Below, one piece after another: positions 26,808 to 32,000 of a stretch of 32,000 nt of DNA. Within the stretch, counting starts at the first letter, position 1. Each line of letters opens with the position of its first letter. The stretch is taken from NCBI GenBank assembly GCA_052033675.1, contig JBPOJK010000125.1, forward strand, positions 736 through 32,735, in the 5' to 3' direction. Under the pieces are notes generated by a model. That model saw only the letters and a program-made list of their open reading frames with translations, was not told the origin of the DNA and searched no databases. A program made the position numbers and the translations under genes. Source of the DNA: Pseudomonadota bacterium. Lineage in GTDB: Bacteria; Pseudomonadota; Gammaproteobacteria; Burkholderiales; UBA11063.

Positions 26808-26840
26808 AACGGTAGAATCACTCTACCGTTTTTTGTTTTA
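26808..26840 (+). terminator. Rho-independent terminator after the permease gene
   Basis: A perfect 9-bp stem aacggtaga / tctaccgtt has a 5-nt loop and is followed by ttttgtttt. Confidence 0.75.
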
Positions 26841-26931
26841 TCCTTTCTGATAAATGTTGAGCTGCGGTGGCAGAATGTTTTGCTAGTAGTAATTGTAAAT
26901 AATGAAATAACAACAGGAAATATTTAAATAA

Positions 26932-29136
26932 ATGAAAATTAATTCATATAAGTGCTTATGGGCGGTAATTTTACTGATAATTACTCCATTCACTAACGCA
27001 CTAAGTACCGGCAGCATAAAAATTGAATCAGCAGTGCTGAACACGGCGCTAATCAATCGTGTTAGTTTAATTCCCGAGAGCAATAAGCACTACTCGCTGC
27101 AAATTCGACTTACCACCAATAGCTTTCATTATAATGACTGGCAAATTGGTTTTTTTATATTAAAAGTACTCCAAAATCCTGCATTAAAACCGCAAATGAC
27201 TATTTGCAATGAAAAATTAGCTACAAATTGTTCCCAACTAATAATAGTCTCACAGCCACCACTAAAAACAGTTGCCGAGGTTAATTTACCTGATTTAACT
27301 AGTGGCCATGTAATTATTTTAAAACCAGCGAGTAATTTTCCGCTAATTAGCAATGGCAATTACTTGATTACTATCAGCGGGTTGACTTATCCACCGCAAA
27401 ATATTTCAATGATGCCGCAAAGCTTTTTTCTAATGCAGGCAAATAAAATTATGCCGTTGGCAGTTGAAAATTACCAAATCAATGGTTACAACCAAGCCGC
27501 AGTTGAATCAGCCGAATCACAACAAATTAAAGCACGATGGCTGGTTGGTAAAGCAACTATCCCATTGGTCGATACACCGATAATTCCACGACCACAGCAA
27601 GTTACGTTATCGGCAGGACAATATATTTTAAAAAATAAGTTGTTATTTCCACAGTTCATCAATTGTCAAGATGCGTCAGATGTTTGCCGGACACTTCAGC
27701 ACAATCCGGAAGGCTATGTATTAAAATTAGAGAGCAGTCAGCCGCTGATTTATGCTTTCAATAGCACCGGTGAATTTTATGCCCGCCAAAGCTTATCACA
27801 ATTGATTGATTATTATCCGCAAGCGATACCAGCGCAAACAGTTGTTGATTATCCGCAATATCGTTATCGGGGAATAATGCTTGATAGCGTGCGGCATTTT
27901 TTTAGTGTCGCTCAGCTTGAAAAATTATTGGATGTAATGGCTAACCAAAAATTAAATACCCTGCATTTGCATTTGGCGGATGATGAAGGCTGGCGGGTTG
28001 AACTGGCTAACTATCCGCAATTAACTAAAATTTCAGCAAAGCGTTTCCAAGGGCATCAAATTGGTCCGTCCAATCTGATTGATGGTAATTTTGATATTAG
28101 TAACTGGGATCATGAAAGTTACGCCACTGCAGCGACGAATTATCACGGTTATTATTCGCAACAACAAATTCGAGCTTTAATCAAATATGCCAATGCGCGG
28201 AGCATCACGATTATTCCTGAAATTGAAATGCCGGGACATGCGCGGGCACTTAAAAAAGCTTATCCCGATGTTTTATATGATTTTGACCAGCCCAGTGATT
28301 TTTTGAGTGTTCAAGGCTATACCGATAATGTATTGCCGATTTATAACTATACTCGCGATAGTCAATTTACCCGCTTGTTAAATGGCATAACCAATGTTCT
28401 TGGGCAGTTATTTAGCCAGCAAACTACCATTTATGCTATCGATAATGAGTTAAGCCTGTCCGGCGATGAAGTACCAGCTAATGCCTATCCACGCCAGCAA
28501 TTCGGCGCGGAACTTAATCATCAATTTTTTGCTAAACTCGCAACGCAGAATCCTCGGTTGGTTATTTCCGGTTGGCAACAGTTGGTTCAACAAGATGATG
28601 GAATAATTCCTGATTATGCACTACCGGCTAAACGTAGCGGGCACATTTGGGAATGGATGCCGGTGAATAACCCTCGTGGTGTTTCCGGATTACAGCAGGC
28701 ACAAAATCTGCTTGAGCATGGTTATCCGCTAGTTGCCGATTTTGCTGATTATACTTATTTAGACATGCGTTATAGTCGGGAGTTCTTTGAACCGGGATTA
28801 TATTGGTCTGCATCAGAGGTCAGTACTTGGAGCACTTACAGCGTTGGCGAGCAACTTTTAAAACTTAATAAATATCCAAATTTATTGGGTGTTGAAGGTG
28901 CATTATGGAGTGAGTTAATTCCTGGTAATGCCCATTATTGGTATATGTTAATGCCGAAAATGACCGGTATTGCTGAGGCCGGATGGAGCAATCCGGAAAA
29001 TGACTCATGGCAGGATTTTGCTAAACGGTTGGGGGATGGGCAACAGGGATACCTGGCGTATATTTATCGCCACTATCAGATTATTTATCGCGGTTTTCCG
29101 CATGGAATTATTTTAGAAGCTCCAGAAATAAGTTAA
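26932..29136 (+). CDS. Secreted glycoside-hydrolase family 20 beta-N-acetylhexosaminidase with an N-terminal extension of about 300 aa
   Basis: 734-aa ORF with a signal peptide (MKINSYKCLWAVILLIITPFTNA). GH20 core motifs are YRYRGIMLDSVRHFF, LNTLHLHLADDEGWRVE, IIPEIEMPGHARA, a catalytic-type GDE in LSLSGDEVP, and a late W.E (GALWSE). Confidence 0.85.
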   Translation: MKINSYKCLWAVILLIITPFTNALSTGSIKIESAVLNTALINRVSLIPESNKHYSLQIRLTTNSFHYNDWQIGFFILKVLQNPALKPQMTICNEKLATNCSQLIIVSQPPLKTVAEVNLPDLTSGHVIILKPASNFPLISNGNYLITISGLTYPPQNISMMPQSFFLMQANKIMPLAVENYQINGYNQAAVESAESQQIKARWLVGKATIPLVDTPIIPRPQQVTLSAGQYILKNKLLFPQFINCQDASDVCRTLQHNPEGYVLKLESSQPLIYAFNSTGEFYARQSLSQLIDYYPQAIPAQTVVDYPQYRYRGIMLDSVRHFFSVAQLEKLLDVMANQKLNTLHLHLADDEGWRVELANYPQLTKISAKRFQGHQIGPSNLIDGNFDISNWDHESYATAATNYHGYYSQQQIRALIKYANARSITIIPEIEMPGHARALKKAYPDVLYDFDQPSDFLSVQGYTDNVLPIYNYTRDSQFTRLLNGITNVLGQLFSQQTTIYAIDNELSLSGDEVPANAYPRQQFGAELNHQFFAKLATQNPRLVISGWQQLVQQDDGIIPDYALPAKRSGHIWEWMPVNNPRGVSGLQQAQNLLEHGYPLVADFADYTYLDMRYSREFFEPGLYWSASEVSTWSTYSVGEQLLKLNKYPNLLGVEGALWSELIPGNAHYWYMLMPKMTGIAEAGWSNPENDSWQDFAKRLGDGQQGYLAYIYRHYQIIYRGFPHGIILEAPEIS

Positions 29137-29429
29137 GCTCGATAGCAGAAAAGCCGAAATAAATTCCGGCTAGTGGTGGCATTTTTAATTCCCCAATTTT
29201 TAATGCTTCTTTCTGCTAAATTTCCCCTAGAATCGGCTGACGGGCAGTTAAACCGCCCGCTTTGCCAGAGCTAATATCATGAAAGTTCGGTATTCTATCA
29301 TGGGACTATTCGAAAAAGAAGTAGCAAATTTGCATAATTCATTATCCCGAAATGGCGTTGTCACTTATCATGATTTTTTGTTTATTTAAGATTTGTGATA
29401 ATTATTATTTTAGAAAACTCTATAACCTA

Positions 29430-32000
29430 ATGAACCATCAAGAACTACTAACCAATATCCCCGCACAAAAAAGATTTGTCTATTCCAAATTGTTGACATT
29501 ACTAAAGAAAGAACAACTCAGCGAAGTCGTAATCATGTCAGCGTTTATTACGATGGAGGGGATATATCTAATTCTTAATGAATTAAAGGAGTTATTGAAT
29601 AATCAGGTTAGGGTAGTGATTATTACTGGGTTTATGAATGATTTCAATAATCCGCGAGTGTTGGAGTTTTTATTTGGGCTTAAAAATCTGGAACTCCGGA
29701 TTTCAAAAAATGTTGGCTTTCATCCTAAATTATATTGGGTAAAAACCTACAGTGGTGAATGCTCTTTTATTATCGGCAGCTCAAATTTAACCAATAATGC
29801 CTTACGCAAAAACGTTGAAACCAATCTTTATTCCGAGTATCAATGGGATGAAATAATTCCGCAGCAGATTCAGGAACTATATAATCAGGTAATTGAGCAA
29901 TCCGAACCGTTATCGGCAGTTAGGCTTACGGAATATAAACAGAAATTCGTGAGCACTCAAGCAAAATATATAACAGCATCATCTGAATCACCGTTATTCG
30001 AGCCCAATTCCATGCAGATTAAAGCGCTAGCAAGCTTATCGCAATTACGACAGCAGGGGAATACTAAGGCGTTAATTATTTCAGCGACCGGCAGCGGTAA
30101 AACTATCTTGAGTGCCTTTGAGGTTAAAGCCAGTACTGCCAAAACTCTGCTGTTTATTGTTCACCGCGAGAACATTCTTAATGCGGCAATTAGCAGCTAC
30201 CGTAAAATATTTCCTACTCAACATATCGGCAAATTTACCGGGACAACCCGCGATCTTAATAATGATTTCATTTTTGCCTCAGTTCAGTCACTGGCAAAAG
30301 CTGAAAACTTGTATAATTTTGCAGCAACTCAGTTTGATTATATCATTATTGATGAAGTTCATCGCGCCGGCGCACCCAGTTACCAAAAAATATTAGCGCA
30401 CTTTAAACCAAAATTTTTATTGGGAATGACGGCAACCCCGGAACGCAGTGATGATTTTGATATTTATCGCTTATTTGATAATAACCTCGCTTATGAAATC
30501 CGGCTCAATGAGGCACTGGAATTAAATTTGGTCTGTCCATTTCATTATTTTGGAATTGCGGAACTTCAGGTGGCAGGGGAATATCTTAGCGATTATAGCG
30601 ATTTTAACCGCATTGATTACTCGGCCCGGGTTGAGCATATTATTAGCAATCTTAAATTTTATGGTCACGGCGGGCAAGATAAAGTTCGAGGGCTGATTTT
30701 TACTGCTCGAATCGAAGAAGCACAAGAATTATCACGATTATTTAATCTTAACGGTTATAAAACTGTTGCGCTAAGCGGTGCTGATAGCGAGCAGACTCGT
30801 GAGCGGGCGATAAAGTTGCTGGAAAATGATTATGTCACCGGCACTGGTCAGCCCCAGAATTATCTTGATTATATTTTCAGTGTCGATATTTTTAACGAAG
30901 GCATTGATATTCCCGCGGTGAATCAAATCATTTTACTTCGCCCAACCCAATCGGCAATTATTTTCACCCAACAAATCGGGCGTGGATTACGAAAATGCGC
31001 CGCTAAAGATTATTGTGTTATCCTTGATTTTATTGGTAATTATCAGAGTAATTTTTTGATTGCCGTGGCATTATCGGGAAATAACTCTTATGACCGCGAG
31101 GAATTGCGTTCTTTTGTTTGTGAAGCCAATAGCTTTATTCCCGCTAATGCGACGATTTCATTTGAGCGAATAATTCGCGAACGAATTTTTGCGTCAATTA
31201 ATCAGCTGCAAATCAGCAAAAAATTTATTAATAACAGCTATCAGATTCTTAAACAGAAAATTAACCGGATTCCAACATTGCAGGATTTTAAAAACTATAA
31301 TTCGATTGATCCTAAAATTATTTTTAAATATAATAATAAATCCAGCAAAATTCTTTATAGTAATTATTATGAATTATTAAAAGCCAACGCCGATAACCAA
31401 CAAATATTAACCATTCGTCAAGGGCTTTATTTGGATTATATCTCACAGGAGCTGTTATTTGCTGCGCGCCCTGATGAAGTCTATCTGTTACTCAATCTGA
31501 TTAATGGAAATACTGATGAAAATCTAATTTATGCCAATTTGGCAAAATACTATCAAGTTGCAGTAACTGCCGAAAAGAGATCGGCAATCAGGAATGTCTT
31601 AACTCTAGAAACCAGTGCGGCACTATATAAAAAATACTCTCTTCGCTTAGTGGCGATTGGTCTGGGCGCGATTAAATTGGAGGAAGAATTTAAACAGTAT
31701 TTGGAGAATGATTATTTTAAAATGCTGGTAGTTGATACGCTGGAATTGGCGCTGTCTTATTTTGGAGATTATAAATCTGCAATCAAATTCAATGATTTTG
31801 TGCCATTTAATCGTTACTCGCGTAAAGAAGTAGCGCGGCTGTTGAATGTCAATCTTTCCGTAGAAACGGCTATCTACGGCTATCGGATAATTGGTAATTG
31901 TGTCCCGATTTTTATCAGCTATGATAAGATAAATGCCCCGCGCTTTAACGCTAATTATGCTAATATCTTTCTTGATTTACAGGATATTGTATGGTATTCG
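29430..32000 (+). CDS. Fusion protein of an HKD/PLD-like nuclease domain, an SF2 (DEVH) helicase and a DUF3427-like C-terminal region; 857 codons in the window, 3' end beyond the right edge
   Basis: I translated the frame from the ATG at 29430 and found it open to base 32000. It is absent from the ORF track because it has no stop. The HKD-type motif is GFHPKLYWVK...FIIGSSNLTNNAL. Helicase motifs are ISATGSGKT (I), IIIDEVHRA (II), GMTATPER (III) and FTQQIGRGLR (VI). These are followed by ILDFIGNY and more than 330 aa of further C-terminal sequence. Confidence 0.8.
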   Translation, partial: MNHQELLTNIPAQKRFVYSKLLTLLKKEQLSEVVIMSAFITMEGIYLILNELKELLNNQVRVVIITGFMNDFNNPRVLEFLFGLKNLELRISKNVGFHPKLYWVKTYSGECSFIIGSSNLTNNALRKNVETNLYSEYQWDEIIPQQIQELYNQVIEQSEPLSAVRLTEYKQKFVSTQAKYITASSESPLFEPNSMQIKALASLSQLRQQGNTKALIISATGSGKTILSAFEVKASTAKTLLFIVHRENILNAAISSYRKIFPTQHIGKFTGTTRDLNNDFIFASVQSLAKAENLYNFAATQFDYIIIDEVHRAGAPSYQKILAHFKPKFLLGMTATPERSDDFDIYRLFDNNLAYEIRLNEALELNLVCPFHYFGIAELQVAGEYLSDYSDFNRIDYSARVEHIISNLKFYGHGGQDKVRGLIFTARIEEAQELSRLFNLNGYKTVALSGADSEQTRERAIKLLENDYVTGTGQPQNYLDYIFSVDIFNEGIDIPAVNQIILLRPTQSAIIFTQQIGRGLRKCAAKDYCVILDFIGNYQSNFLIAVALSGNNSYDREELRSFVCEANSFIPANATISFERIIRERIFASINQLQISKKFINNSYQILKQKINRIPTLQDFKNYNSIDPKIIFKYNNKSSKILYSNYYELLKANADNQQILTIRQGLYLDYISQELLFAARPDEVYLLLNLINGNTDENLIYANLAKYYQVAVTAEKRSAIRNVLTLETSAALYKKYSLRLVAIGLGAIKLEEEFKQYLENDYFKMLVVDTLELALSYFGDYKSAIKFNDFVPFNRYSRKEVARLLNVNLSVETAIYGYRIIGNCVPIFISYDKINAPRFNANYANIFLDLQDIVWYS

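Noticed and set aside
29152-29171. Hairpin after the GH20 gene (agccgaaa-taaa-ttccggct) as a terminator.
   Set aside because: The stem has a mismatch and the T-run does not follow directly. It may still terminate weakly, but I would not annotate it.
29279-29389. 36-codon ORF (MKVRYSIMGLFEKEVANLHNSLSRNGVVTYHDFLFI) in the spacer upstream of the nuclease-helicase gene.
   Set aside because: No Shine-Dalgarno sequence and no recognisable similarity. It may be chance or a gene remnant, and this cannot be settled without comparative data.
1-32000. Search for CRISPR arrays, tRNA/rRNA genes, IS elements, integrases, and prophage or conjugative genes.
   Set aside because: No regularly spaced direct repeats, no cloverleaf-like or rRNA-like conserved segments, and no transposase or integrase motifs were recognised on either strand.

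Overview
The window is mostly core chromosome from an AT-rich, Gammaproteobacteria-like genome. I cannot name the species from sequence alone. Nearly all genes lie on the + strand with very short or overlapping junctions.

Gene order:
- acs, 5' part only, on the - strand and running off the left edge.
- pmbA, a GH76-like lipoprotein gene, and xseA.
- A seven-gene aromatic amino-acid block: aroB, two tandem class-I DAHP synthase paralogs, an ACT-less prephenate dehydratase, an AroQ chorismate mutase, a class-I aminotransferase, and aroC.
- An Rrf2/NsrR-like regulator and recQ.
- On the - strand, a GNAT acetyltransferase and rpsT.
- An RND permease and a TolC-like channel with no periplasmic adaptor gene.
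- hemA, prfA, a HAD-IB hydrolase, rsmG, parA and parB.
- A visibly more AT-rich right-hand segment: a LysP-like permease, a secreted GH20 beta-hexosaminidase, and a large ORF running off the right edge.

The right-edge ORF fuses an HKD/PLD-type nuclease domain, an SF2 DEVH helicase and a long DUF3427-like C-terminal region. It is my best candidate for an uncharacterised nucleic-acid-targeting (defence-like) module. The next most unusual features are the aromatic supraoperon, which holds only the entry and exit steps of the shikimate pathway plus an apparently unregulated Phe branch, and the adaptor-less RND-TolC pair.

I found no rRNA, tRNA, CRISPR array, transposase or integrase. All functional calls rest on motif and family recognition by eye. 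No database search was run.
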